DNA of 64,000 nucleotides from Leucoraja ocellata. Taxonomy: Eukaryota. Below the pieces are notes generated by a model that did not search any database, was not told the origin of the DNA, and saw only the letters and a program-made list of their open reading frames with translations. The translations under genes were made by a program, and so were the position numbers. This document shows, piece by piece, positions 50,255-62,807 of this stretch. The stretch lies in contig JAWMAR010000531.1 in the NCBI GenBank assembly GCA_036785375.1, positions 992,001 to 1,056,000 of the forward strand, given 5' to 3'. The number at the start of each line of letters is the position of its first letter. Positions within the stretch are counted from its first letter, which is position 1.

Positions 50255-52725
50255 TAGAGTCAAATAGAGTCACAGAGTGTGGAAACAAGCCATTCGGCCC
50301 ATCTTTCCCACATCGGCCAACATGTCCTATCTAGAGTAGTCCAACCTGCCCGTATTGAGTCCATATCCCTCCAAATCTGTCATTTCCATGTACCGGCCTA
50401 AGTGTTTTTTAAACGTTGGAATAGTCCCTGGCACAACTACCTCCTCTGCTGCTTGTTCCATACACCCACCACTGTCTGTGGGAAAACGTTACCCCTCAGA
50501 TTCCTATTAAATCTTTGCCCTGTCACCATAAACCTGGTCCTCGATCCACCTACACTGGACAAGGGACTGTGCATCTACCCGATCTATTCCTCTCACGACC
50601 CTATACACCTCTATACGATTTCCCCTCATCTTCTTACGCTCCAAGGAATGGAGTCCCAGCCTGTTCAACCCCTCCCTATACCTCAGACCCTCTAGCCCTG
50701 GCAACATCCTCGTAAATCCTCTCTGTACCATTTCCAGCTTGTCGAAATCTTTCCTATAACATAGTGCCCAGACTGAACACAATAATCTAAATGCGGCGTC
50801 ACCAACGTCTTATACATCTGCAACAAGACCTCCCAACCTCTATACTCACTACTCTGGCTGATGAAGGCCAATGTGCGAAAAGCCTTTTTGACCACCCGAT
50901 CTACCGTCGACGTAGGTTCTGCCTATGTTAGAATTCCCAAAATGAAACACTTCACATTTCTATGCATTATATTCCATCAACCATTCCACAGCCTACCTGG
51001 TCAATTGGTCAAGATCCTGCTGCACAACCATCTCCACTATCCGCAAAACCTCCCACGTTTGTATCATCTGCAAATTTGCTAATCTTACCAAGTATGATCC
51101 CATTCAAATCATTGATATAGATGACAGACGTTAACGGGCCCAGCACCGAACCATGAGGCACACCCCGTGTTACTCCAGCACTTTGTGTTTTATCATGATT
51201 CCAGCATCCGCAGTTCCTTGTGTCTCTGTGTTCCCACATTTGGATGGGCAATAAATACTGCGTTCCCAGAGACGCGATCATCCTACAAATGAATAACGTT
51301 GATGAATTAGATGTGGCCAAGTGAGATAGAAACATAGAAAATAGGTGCAGGAGGAGGCCATTTGGCCCTTCGAGCCTGCACCTCTATTCATTGTGATCAG
51401 ATAGCACAATGCACAATGCGACAGATAGCACAATGGGCTAAGAGTTCGGCTGGCGACCGGAAGGTAGCCGGTTCAAATCCCGCTTGGAGTGCATACTGTC
51501 GTTGTGTCCTTGGGCAAGACACTTCACCCACCTTTGCCTGTGTGTAATGGAATGTAATTACGGCGGCAGGCGCGGGCACACCGCGACGCCCTGTGTCTCC
51601 CTTTCAAGGGAGATGCTAAAAATGCATTTCGTTGTCTCTGTACTGTACACTGACAATGACAATAAATTGAATCATTTCATTTCATTTTCATCATGGCTGA
51701 TCATCCACAATCAGTAACCCGTGCCTGCGTTCTCCCCATAATCCTTGATTCCGCTAGCCCCGAGAGCTCTAACTTTTAAATTAATCCAGTGAATTGGCCT
51801 TTACGGCCTTCTGTGGCAGAGTATTCCACACATTCACAACTGTCTGGGTGAAAGTTTTTTTTCTCCTCTCAGTTTTAAATGGCTTCTCCTTTATTCTTAG
51901 GCTGTTATTGCCTGGTTCTGGGCTCCCCCGTCATTGGGAACATTTTTCCTGCGACTAGCTTGTCCAATTCTTCTATAATTTGATAAATTTCTATAATCCT
52001 CATCCTTCTAAATTCCAGTGAATACAAGCCCAATCTTTCCAATCTTTCCTCATATGACAGTCCCGCCATCCCAGGGATTAACCTCTTGAACCTACGCTGC
52101 ACTGCTTCAATAACAAGGATGTCCTTCCTCAAATTAGGAGACCAAAACTGCACACAATACTGAAGATGTGTTCTCACCAGGTCCCTGTACAACTGCAGAA
52201 GGACCTCTTTACTCCTCTACTCAAATCCTCTCGTTATGAAGGCCAACGTGACATTAGCTTTCCTCACTGCCTGGTGTACCTGCATGTTTTATTTCAGTGA
52301 CTGGTGTACAAGGACACCCAGGTCTCACTGCAATTCCCATTTTCCTAATCTGACACCATAGAGATAATAATCTGCCTCCTTGTTCTTGCTACCAAAGTGG
52401 ATAAACGCACAATTATCTACATTATACTGCATCTGCCATGCATCTGCCATGCATCTGCCCACTCAGTCAACCTGTCCAAGTCGCCCTGCAACCTCCTAGC
52501 ATCCTCTTCGCAGTTCCCAATGCCACCTAACTTTGTGTCATCTGCAAATTTGCTGGTGTTATTTTTAATCCCATCATCTAAATCATTTATATACATTGTA
52601 AATAGTTGCAGTCCCAGCACCGAGCCTTGCGGCACTCCACTCGCCACTGCCTACCATTCTGACAGGGACCCGTTTATTCCTACTCTTTGTTTCCTGTTTC
52701 CCAACCAATCCTCTATCCATGTCAA
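50255..52725 (-). mobile_element. Two CR1 fragments paralogous to 7085-10250
   Basis: RT motifs; colinear inverted match to the cluster 1 upstream region. Confidence 0.85.
51400..51690 (+). mobile_element. tRNA-derived SINE with a CORE-like domain, nested in a CR1
   Basis: A box TAGCACAATGG, B box GGTTCAAATCC, GTGTCCTTGGGCAAGACACTTCACCC, tail GACAATAAA..(CATTT)n; absent from the paralog near 8115. Confidence 0.75.
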
Positions 52726-53308
52726 TGCCATGTCAAAGATCGAGCAGAGGGCATTGATGAAGGATTGTTTAAAGTTTAACAGTCAAGGAAGTGGACATGG
52801 TTTACGAATAAAATAGCGTTGACCCCGCTGCAATTCCAGATGTCTATTGGGATATCTCAATTTCATTCTTAGAGACATCCGAGACTAGCTCGAGCCCTTG
52901 TTTTAATAACTAGCTTACTGTTTCTTGAGTACAACGAAGAACAACTAGTTTTAAAACAGAGTTTACTTTTGTTTCGAGATCAGATGTATTGATTGTATAA
53001 ATGAATGTTTCGATCCAGCTCATGGAACTCGCCTTCATGAGAGAGAGAGAGAAAGACTGCACATTAGATCATGATCCCAAAAGGTGCCAGGACTTTACAG
53101 TTCTCCAGACCAGCTATAGCAAACAGGAACCTGGAAGATGAGACATTCATGTGACTTCTTGTTATTTACCGCCGTCTATATCAGTTCAGGCTAAGGATAG
53201 CAGTTCGAATCATGAAGACAGAAGAAGGAATATAAGGGGAAGGGGAGGGAGAATGGGGATTAAATATGTGTCAGTACAGGTGGGGCACAAGCAGGGGGGA
53301 GGAAGAAA

Positions 53309-53679
53309 NNNNNNNNNNNNNNNNNNNNNNNNNNNNNNNNNNNNNNNNNNNNNNNNNNNNNNNNNNNNNNNNNNNNNNNNNNNNNNNNNNNNNNNNNNNN
53401 NNNNNNNNNNNNNNNNNNNNNNNNNNNNNNNNNNNNNNNNNNNNNNNNNNNNNNNNNNNNNNNNNNNNNNNNNNNNNNNNNNNNNNNNNNNNNNNNNNNN
53501 NNNNNNNNNNNNNNNNNNNNNNNNNNNNNNNNNNNNNNNNNNNNNNNNNNNNNNNNNNNNNNNNNNNNNNNNNNNNNNNNNNNNNNNNNNNNNNNNNNNN
53601 NNNNNNNNNNNNNNNNNNNNNNNNNNNNNNNNNNNNNNNNNNNNNNNNNNNNNNNNNNNNNNNNNNNNNNNNNNNNNNN
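53309..53679. other. Assembly gap (N)
   Basis: Run of N. Confidence 1.
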
Positions 53680-54469
53680 AGTAGATAAATAAATAGATAA
53701 ATAAAAATAAAAAATAGATGGGAAAATAGGCGAATATGTAAATAAATGAACGGGTGGGTGGATAGATACATAAATAAACAACCAGAATCTTAGCAGTTTT
53801 AATTTTCATCAACTATTATATATTGGAAACTCTGATATTGTAAACGCTGTCGATCCAAATAATGTGCTGTTTCAAGTTTAAGTGACTTTAGTGCTGCATG
53901 TTCAGCAATATTGAATATAGGCAAATAAGTGATTCGTGCTTCCTCGTTTTTTTGGAGGGGTTTTCCATGAGTCAATGTAATCAATGAACTGATCTCGGAT
54001 GCAATGTTTTTTTTCCTTTTCATTTTATTATGATGCAAAGTTCTTGAACATGAATGGTGTTGATTCCCCACGCCTTTTTAATATTGCCACTGATTTCTTC
54101 CCAATTTTTTTTTACCATGTGTCGGGATCGTGCAACAGTCTGGATCTCCAATTGGTTGTCGGGGTCTACAGTGCGGCTTTCGTGGTCGAGCGAATGCTGC
54201 GACGGTAATTGGCGATGTCATTTCGCAAGGGCGGTTTGATAGCAGCCCTTCCAACACGCTCTGCGTCATCCAGGGGAAGCACCGAGCGTAACACGCACTG
54301 GACAATCGGTCAGGATGAAAAAAAATCCAAATCTCGATTGCCCATCCCCGAACACCTGCATAAAATCATGAGTTTGACACTAAAAGCTGGAGCAACTCAG
54401 TGGGTCAAACAACGTATCTGGAGAAAGAGATAGAACTATAGAGCCAAGCAGTCAAACAGTATGGGAACA

Positions 54470-54680
54470 GAAGGTACACAAAAATGCTGGAGAAACTCAG
54501 CGGGTGCAGCAGCATCTATGGAGCGAAGGAGATAGGCAACGTTTCGGGCCGAAACCTTATAAGGGTTTCCGCCAGCAACGTTGCCTATCTCCTTCGCTCC
54601 ATAGATGCTGCTGCACCCGCTGAGTTTCTCCAGCATTTTTGTGTACCTTCGATTCTCCAGCATCTACAGTTCCTTCTTAA
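54470..54680. mobile_element. Near-perfect hairpin foldback element (related copies at 39045-39160 and 61400-61577)
   Basis: About 85-bp inverted arms GAAGGTACACAAAAATGCTGGAGAAACTCAGCGGGTGCAGC... Confidence 0.8.
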
Positions 54681-55340
54681 ACGGTATGGAAACAGGCCCG
54701 ATGGCCCAATTTCCCCACACCGGGCTACACCAGCCCCACCTGCCCACATTTGGCCCATATCCCTACAAACATGTCCTTTCCATGTACCGGTCTAACTGTT
54801 TCTTATATGTTGGGATAGTGCGTGCCTCAACTTCCTCCTCTGGTAGCTTGTTCCATACACACAACATTATTTGCGTGAAAAAGTAACCCCTCAGATTCCG
54901 TTATATATTTTTCCGTTAACCGTAAAGCTATGTTCCCTGGTTCTCGATTCACCTACACTGGGCTTGAGATTCTGTGCATGTACTCGATCTATTCCACTCA
55001 TGATTTTATACACCTCTATCAGATCACCCCTCATCTTCCATCGCTCCAAGGAAAATAATCCCAGCCTACTCAATCTCTCCCTATAACTTAGACACCTGGT
55101 CCTGGCAATGTCCTCGTAAATGTTCTATGTACACTTTCCATATTTCCTACAGCATGGTGCCCATAACTGAATACAATACACTAAACGTGGCTTCACCAAC
55201 ATCTATATAACTGCAACATGACCTCACAGCTTTTACACTAAATACTCTGACTGATGGCCAATTTGTCAAAAGCCTTTTTGACCAGCTATCTGCGACTCCA
55301 CATTCAAGGAACCATGCACCTGCACTCCAGGATCCCTCTG
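54680..55340 (-). mobile_element. CR1 3' fragment
   Basis: RLGLFSLERWKMRGDLIEVYKIM. Confidence 0.8.
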
Positions 55341-55886
55341 CCTTCTGTACCAGAGAAGATTTGGATCAACTTTTATTCGGTAAATTCACATCTCACGTGT
55401 TGGTTTTTAAAAGGCCAGCTGGTCATAATTCAGGACTAACTTGTTCCTCAGAAGAACAAGGATGGGACTGTTCTGCGACCTTGGATGAAGAGAGATGTTG
55501 CAAAAAAAAGAAGAAAAGGACGCAAGTGAATGTTTTAGGAAGCTGAAATCGATCTGTGCCATTGAAGAAGAAACAGCAAACGGAGCGTAGGTAAACAGGG
55601 AATAAGAAGGGCCAAGAAGGCCATAGCAGGTCCTTAGCAGGTAGGATTGAAGAGAAACATGAGACATTTTCTACATATATTACAAAGAAAATAGCAAGAC
55701 AACTCAAGGCAAAGGATTACAATTATATGTGGAGCCTGAGGAAATTGGCGAAATACTAAACGAGAAGGACAAGCAGGATAGCGAAATCAAGGAGAGGTAT
55801 GTTAATAGTCCAGGGCATGTTGACAGTCAAGAAGGATAAATTCGTTGTCTCTTGAAAAATATCAGCTTGGATAAGTCACCATGGCC

Positions 55887-56071
55887 GAATGAATGAATGA
55901 ATGCATGAATGAATGATTGAATGCATGAATGAATGAATGAATGCATGCATGATGAATGAATGAATGCATGAATGAATGATTGAATGCATATATGAATGAA
56001 TGAATTATTGAATGCATGAATGAATGAATGTATGTATGAATGAATGAATGTATGAATGAATGAATGAATGA
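55887..56071. repeat. (TGAA)n microsatellite, expanded tail of a minus-strand GACAATAAA-type element
   Basis: Direct reading. Confidence 0.9.
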
Positions 56072-56844
56072 AAACTTTATTGTCATTCAGATATACACCT
56101 AGACACAGTGCACCTTGAACGAAATTTCGTTGCATTTTACTCTCCAAAATCAGTTAAAAGTTAAAAGTTCCAGGTGCGTCCATAAAAATGCCTCATGCGC
56201 ATGGTTCTGTAAAATAAATATATATTAAAAATAGAATCTATCCCACGTTATTGAGAGACGAAAGAGTGTAGAATACTGGGTTTTGTTGCTGTGACCTTTG
56301 TTTCCTCTTCAGTCATAGGCCAGGTGCCAAAGAACCGGCGAACAGTCAATTGCGTTTCCCTGTTTCTGAAGGACATCGGAGAGAAACCAGAAAGGTATAT
56401 ACCAGTGAGCCTTTCATTAGTGGTTGGGAAAATATGAAGGAAGCTTCTTCCGTATCGGATCTACTCGCCATCTGGAAAACGTTGACTTATTGGCGATGGC
56501 ACAAAAGACTGCAGAGGCTTAATGGAGGGACTGATTGGTAGGTAACATTCAAGTTGGGGGAGGGGGTGGAAGGGTGAAGATGTGGGATGATATGGAAAAA
56601 ATCTGTAGGTTCTGTCATCTGAAAGGAAATGAAGGCGAAGAATGGAACAGAATGAGGAAGGTTGGTAGTTGGGAGCTGAAGAGGGACGGGAAGGGGAGTA
56701 ATGGGGGAAGGAGATGGAGAGTGTGGGGGAAGAGGTAGAAACAGTGCGGTGGAGAACTGTGAGATGAGGTGGGAATAAAAGGTGTCAAAAAGGGCCGTGA
56801 TAGATAGGATGAGAGGGAATGGGATAGCAGAGCTTAGGGTAATG

Positions 56845-57118
56845 GTAAAATGGAAAATTCAATGTTCAAGCAGTTGGGTTGTGGACTGCCTGGTTGGAAT
56901 ACGCGCTCCTGTTACAACAGTTTGACTTTAGCTTCTCTCCGGACGTGGAGGACAGAAAATATCCTTGTGGAAATACGATGGAGAATTTAAATGACTGATA
57001 ACCAGACGATCCGTGTGGCCACAGTGGACTGAGAGCAGATGCTCGACAAAGCTGTCACCTAATCTGCTTTGGTTTCACTGATGTATATGTGGCCATATCG
57101 GAAACACCAGATGCAGAT
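56845..57118 (-). mobile_element. Decayed Penelope-like element GIY-YIG endonuclease
   Basis: Minus-strand remnants HIYISETK..LGDSFVEHL..SHLNSPS..LHVRREAKVKLL*QERVFQPGSPQPNCLNIEFS. Confidence 0.7.
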
Positions 57119-57139
57119 TTACACAAAAGGACATTGGAG

Positions 57140-57890
57140 TAAGATAGATAGATATAGATATGCCATTTATTGTCACTATACATGTACAATGAAATTAAAA
57201 GCTGTTTGTACTCAGTGCATACATATAATTTAGTACAAAAAACAAGAAACAGAAAACAAAAACAGAAGGGAGAAGGGGGGGGGGGGTAGGTGCACAATTC
57301 TGCGGCGCTATATACATATATACAGATGGAAGTCCGGGTGTTGGGCTGTGAAGTCAGTGCATGTGTGAATTTGAATTAAGAGTAGTTATAATTTTCGGAA
57401 AACAACTATTCCTGAGTCTATTTGTCCTGGATTTGATGCACCTATAGCGCCTTCCAGAGGGCAGCAGGTCGAACAGTCCAAACGCGGGATGGGAGCTGTC
57501 TTTGATGATATTCTTTGCCCTGCTAAGGCAGCGGGAGGTGTAGATATCCATCAGGGAGGGGAGAGGGCAACCGATGATCTTCTGTGCTGTCCTAGTTACC
57601 CTCTGAAGCCTCTCCCTGTCTGCCATGGTGCAGCTGCCATACCATGCTGTAATGCAGTATGTCAGCAGGCTCTCGATGGACGAGCGGTAGAAGGTCAGCA
57701 GCAGGTTAGAGTCCAGGTTGTGCTTCATGAGGACCCTCAGGAAGTGCAGCCGCTGCTGAGCCTTCTTGATGACCGCTGTCGTGTTGTCTGTCCAGGAGAT
57801 ATCAGCAGCGATATGGACGCCGAGAAAACGGAAGGTGGTGACCCTCTCCACACAAACGCCGTTGATATGTAGGGGGACTAAGTCGGTGCT
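57140..57890 (-). mobile_element. Rex1/Babar LINE 3' end
   Basis: KKAQQRLHFLR..FYRSSIESLLTYCITAWYG..LLPSGRRYR; GACAATAAA and (TCTA)n tail. Confidence 0.9.
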
Positions 57891-58499
57891 GTGCCTCCGA
57901 GTTCTTTTGTTTTCCTGGTGTTCAGAGCCAGATTGTTTTCTGAGCACCAGGTTGTCAACTTCAGGACTTCCTCTCTGTAGGCTGCCTCGTCTCCCTTTGA
58001 AATAAGACCGGCTACAGTAGTAGTAACTCAGCGGGGCAAGCAGCATCTCTGCAGTACATTGACAGGTGATGTTTCGGGTCGAGCAACTACTTCAGGTCTG
58101 AAAAAATGACCAGGGCTGAAACGTTATCTGTCCTCGTTCTCAAGGAGTGCAGCATGACCTGATGGGTTACTCCAGCATTCTGTGTCTTTCCCAGGTTTGC
58201 TGTTTCTAGCTTCTCTATTATTTTCTTATCATGCTTCTTCTAATAGGCATTACATTTTCCATTGACTGAGTTACTTCAATGATTTGTGTTGCCGCCGATT
58301 TGTTTCAGTGCTGTGCGATTCTATGTTGTTTGTTGTATTTGTGGTGAAGGGTGTGAATGGTAGATGAATCACTAATCCATTAAGCCATTTTTTCCTTCAT
58401 GATGCCGATCTTTCTGAATCATATTGCAGCTGCACATCCAGAGAGACGAAGGGTATTCAAGTACAGTTGAATTGTGCGTTTTTAAAATGTACATATGCC

Positions 58500-59820
58500 A
58501 TAAGATCATAAGGGATAGGAGCAGAATTAAGCCATTCGGTCCATCAAGTCTACTCCACTATTCAATCATGCCTGGTCTATCTCTCCATCATAATCCTATT
58601 CTCCTGCCTTCTCAACATAACTTCAAACACCTGTACTAATCAAGAATGTATCTATCTCTGCCTTAAAAAATATCCAGATGGTTTCCACAGCCTTCTGTGG
58701 CAAGGAATTCCACAGATTCACCGCCCCCTAACTAAATAACTTTCACCTCACCTCCTTCCTAAAAGAACGTCCTTTAATTCTGAGGTTAAGACCTCTAGCC
58801 CTAGACTCCCACTGGTGGAAACATCCTAGACTCCCACTGGTGGAAACATCCTCTCCACATGTACTCTACCCAAGCCTTTCACTATTCTGTACATTTCAAT
58901 GAGGTCCCCACTCATTCTTCTAAACTCCAGCATGTAAAGCTCAGTGCCTCCAAACGCTCAACATAGGTTAACCTACTCATTCCTGGGATCATTCTTGCAA
59001 GCCTCCCCCAGACCATCCAGAGCCAACACATCCTTCCTCAGATATCGTGCCCAAAATTGCTCATAAAATTCCAAATGCGGCCTTATAGAGCCTCAACACG
59101 ACACCTCTGTTTTATATAGGAGCCCTCTTGAAATAAATGCTAGCATTGAGTTTGTTTCATTACAACTGACTCGACTTGCAGCTGAACTGCACCAGCACTA
59201 TTCTTTGTCCCTTTGCACCTCCGATTTCTGGATCCTCGCCCCATTTAGGAAATAGTCTATGCCTTTAATCCTATTACGAAAATGCATGACTCCACACTTT
59301 GCTACACTAGATTCCATCTGCCACTTCTCTGCCCACTGTCCCAACCTGCCAAGTCCTTCTGCAGAGTCCCTGCTATCTCTACACAACCTGCTCCTTCGCC
59401 TATTTTTGTATCATCCGCAAACTTGGCCACAAAGCCTTCAATTCCTTCGTCCAAATTATTACTATACAACGTGAAGTGTAGCGGCCCCAGCACCGATCCT
59501 TGCGGAACTCCACTAGTCACCTGCAGGCAACCAGAAAAAAACCCCTTTATAGCCACTAGTTGTCTTCTACCATCCAGCCAACCTGCTATCCGTGGACTCT
59601 CATTTTCCTCAGCAGCCTAACGTGTGGCGCGTTATCAAAGGCTTCTGAAAATCGAAGTAAACACATCTACTGACTCTCCTTTGTCTATCCTGCTCTTTAC
59701 TTCTTCAAAGAATTCCAGCAAATTTGTCAAGCAAGACCTTCCCTTCACAAAGCCATGCTGACTTCGGCCTATTTTATCGTGAACTAAGTACCCCGTAACC
59801 TCATCCTTTATAACGGACTC
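58500..59820 (-). mobile_element. CR1 RT fragment
   Basis: [37 protein letters not shown]. Confidence 0.88.
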
Positions 59821-62503
59821 TTGTGACTTTATGGCATGTGTATATTTAAAAGAAATGTACAATCCAACTGTAATTGAACACCCTTTGTGTCTCTGGGTAA
59901 GTGCAGCTGCAATATGATTATGAAAGATCGGCATCATCAACATCTGTTTAACAAGTGTATTTCAGTTGATTATAATTAAATTAGACATATCTGGCGGCAA
60001 TGAATTTTACTCAAACTATTTCAATGCAATTATCGCCTTCGTTCTGTTCCGCTTCTCCCTGCCATGGGAGCTTACAAATCTGCATTTCGTTGGTGATTCT
60101 TGCCTCATTACCTTTGTTTTAGTAGAAATATACTATTGGGAGTCAGGTCGTTGCAGTAAAAAAATTTTTGCAAGGTCGTGGAAATGATCACCTCTGAAGA
60201 AGGGGCTGGACCCGAAACGTCCCCCATTCCTTCTCTTCGGACATGCGGCCTATCCCAGTGTTACTCCAGCATTCTGTGCCTATCTTCGGTTTAAACCAAC
60301 ATCTGCAGTTCCTTCCTATACACACGACGATGGTACACACGACATTAATTTCTGCAAAAGGTGCTTACTATTTGCTTTTTTTTTCACAATCACCGCGCAT
60401 GCGAAGTTGTAAGTGCACTCTGTGTGTGCTTCATCACATCTTATTTTAAGAAAACGCTTTGTTTATGTTGGGGGCAAAGGCCACAACTTCTTATTTATGA
60501 ATAGAAATGTGTTTCTCATTTAGTGCACCAGGCCTCTCACATTCTTTGTCCTTGCTTATCTGTTTCAACATAATTTCTCATCATTTGTGCCAGGTAGATT
60601 TCTCCTTCTGTGTCCATTTTCAGACAATATATTTGTGTCTTCCAGTTCCCAATTCTCTTCCTCCTCTTTTTGTGTCTGAATTCTCCATTATGTTGTGACA
60701 CAAAAGAATGCCGGTGTTGGAATCTTGAGTAACACTAACAGGAAAGGATTTAAAAGAAGTAGAGAGATGGAACTACAGATGATGGTTTACAAATTAAAAG
60801 ATACACGCTGCTGGTGCACATCAGCAGGCCAGGAAGCATCCCCGAAGAATAGGGATAGGTCATGATTTGGGTATTAGTGGCCTAGTGTAACCTATTAATC
60901 ACCCAATGCTTATTAACCATGACATGCTTTATTTAATTACATGTCGTGAAGATTAATTATTCGGTGCATTTTCATGATGCACTTAGCATTTCAGGCGCCA
61001 CGGGTCGAACTTAATATACCCGCCACGTTCAAATGATGTCATTTTGTGGATTTACCAATTGAACATATTTTCCATTGTGCGAGAGAAACCCTCGGATAAA
61101 TTCCTTTCATCTGGGATGAAATATATGCCGATGTGCCTATTTAATACCCTCAATACGGTAAATTCAATCTTTGAAGGTTTGTCCGATTTGATGCTCATAA
61201 TTTATACGGAAGTCTGCATAACCGGTCTCAGGAATCCTTGCTAAAGTAGCCCGGCGTTTGTCTGTTGAATTGTTCGCGTATTTCATTTCTGCCAATTGGT
61301 CATAGCTAACATACGTTTAAAAAAAAAACCCCAAAGAATTTCTGAATATCATGATTGGAACTCATATATTAACACGATGAAAAGATAGAAAATATTTGTT
61401 TAGGAAGGAACTGCAGATGCTGGAAAATCTAAGGTACACAAAAATGCTTGAGAAACTCAGCGGGTGCAGCAGCATCTATGGAGCGAAGGAAATAGGCAAC
61501 GTTTCGGGTCGACGTTTCCTTCGTTTCATAAATGCTGCTGCACCCGCTGAGTTTCTCCAGCATTTTTGTGTACCTTAGAAAATATTTGTCCTTGAATCTT
61601 GGAATGTTCTCGCACAGCGGGCAGAAGCCTCGGTATGCAGTATACGTCGGCATTTATTAAGGTGTATTTTTGAGCCCCCCCCTGCCCGCGCACATCATCC
61701 GAAGCGATCGGCTTGTGCTATATTTTAAATATATACAACGTATATGTAATATTATTGTTTATTTAATTATATTTTAATGCTGCTCCAGTATAGGAATCAA
61801 CACTGTATGGTATTTCAGGTTCTCGTATTTAAAGCAGAGGCACCAGACTTTCTTCCGTTGGGTAAAATAAAGTTACCAGCACCGCGCCAGTTAAACGTAT
61901 CTTCGTTTTTACTAACATCAAATGCAATGGCATGATGCATGCGTTTTGTGCAAGGACCGATATTACAGACGCATATTGGGTCGTGGTTTGCTGCACGACA
62001 GTACGGTCAAAGTAGACAATGTACATCGTTGCATCCGTGCACCAAAGTCACAGCTCAAAACTATGGTGTAATGTTGAAACTGATGTTTTTGTGAAGTGAG
62101 AGTAAAAGCAATGGTCCAAGTGCAGAAAAATAGGATTAATGTAGATGAGTACTTGAGAGTCGGCATGGACTTGATAGCCTCCGCGGGGCCTGTTCGCCTT
62201 CGACAAGGACAAAATGACAAAAACCTCAGATCCGCAATCTGCAATGATGTCTCGTCCAATATGCGAATCGTCAGAGTAAGAAAATCTATCTTATGACCGC
62301 ACATTTGCTGAATAAACTCGTGTGGACCCTATCTTCCACAACAGCACCATGGGAATAGATGCATATATGAATGGAAAATAAAACAGTAATGCTCTATATT
62401 CCTTATTATGTTTTATGTTTTAAAAATGTATCGAAGTAACCAAGAAATAGAGAATTCGAAGCCTATTCCGGTTCCAATAGGTCACAGGGAAAACCATTGA
62501 CAT

Positions 62504-62571
62504 TTCTGATTGGTTACAAGCAGCAATATCATTTGCATTAATCAGGTGACACCTCACCGCACTATTCAAAA
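62504..62571 (+). promoter_or_regulatory. Cluster 4 promoter with canonical Ig octamer and E-box
   Basis: ATTGG at 62509, ATTTGCAT at 62531-62538, CAGGTG at 62543, TATTCAAAA TATA-like, about 105 nt before the ATG. Confidence 0.8.
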
Positions 62572-62642
62572 GCGAGACGAAAAATAAGTTAGAAGCCACT
62601 GGGAAACTGTTGCCTTGCCTGGACTCCAGTCAGTAAAATACA

Positions 62643-62691
62643 ATGACTTACTGCATCCGACTACTCTGTGCGCTGGCTCTTTGCGCGACTT
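62643..62691 (+). CDS. IGLV: IgL cluster 4 leader exon (MTYCIRLLCALALCAT-)
   Basis: 49-nt signal-peptide exon with T|GTGAGT donor. Confidence 0.9.
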
Positions 62692-62807
62692 GTGAGTTCC
62701 TTTGTTCATCAACATTAGATTTATCCTCGAGTACACTTCTCAGCTGGAGGTTTCTCTCGTGTTTTAATTCCAAATGATTGTTATCACTGTGCTCTTTATT
62801 TTCCCAG

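Noticed and set aside
51425-51490. tRNA gene
   Set aside because: A and B boxes belong to a SINE head; no complete cloverleaf seen and it continues into a SINE body
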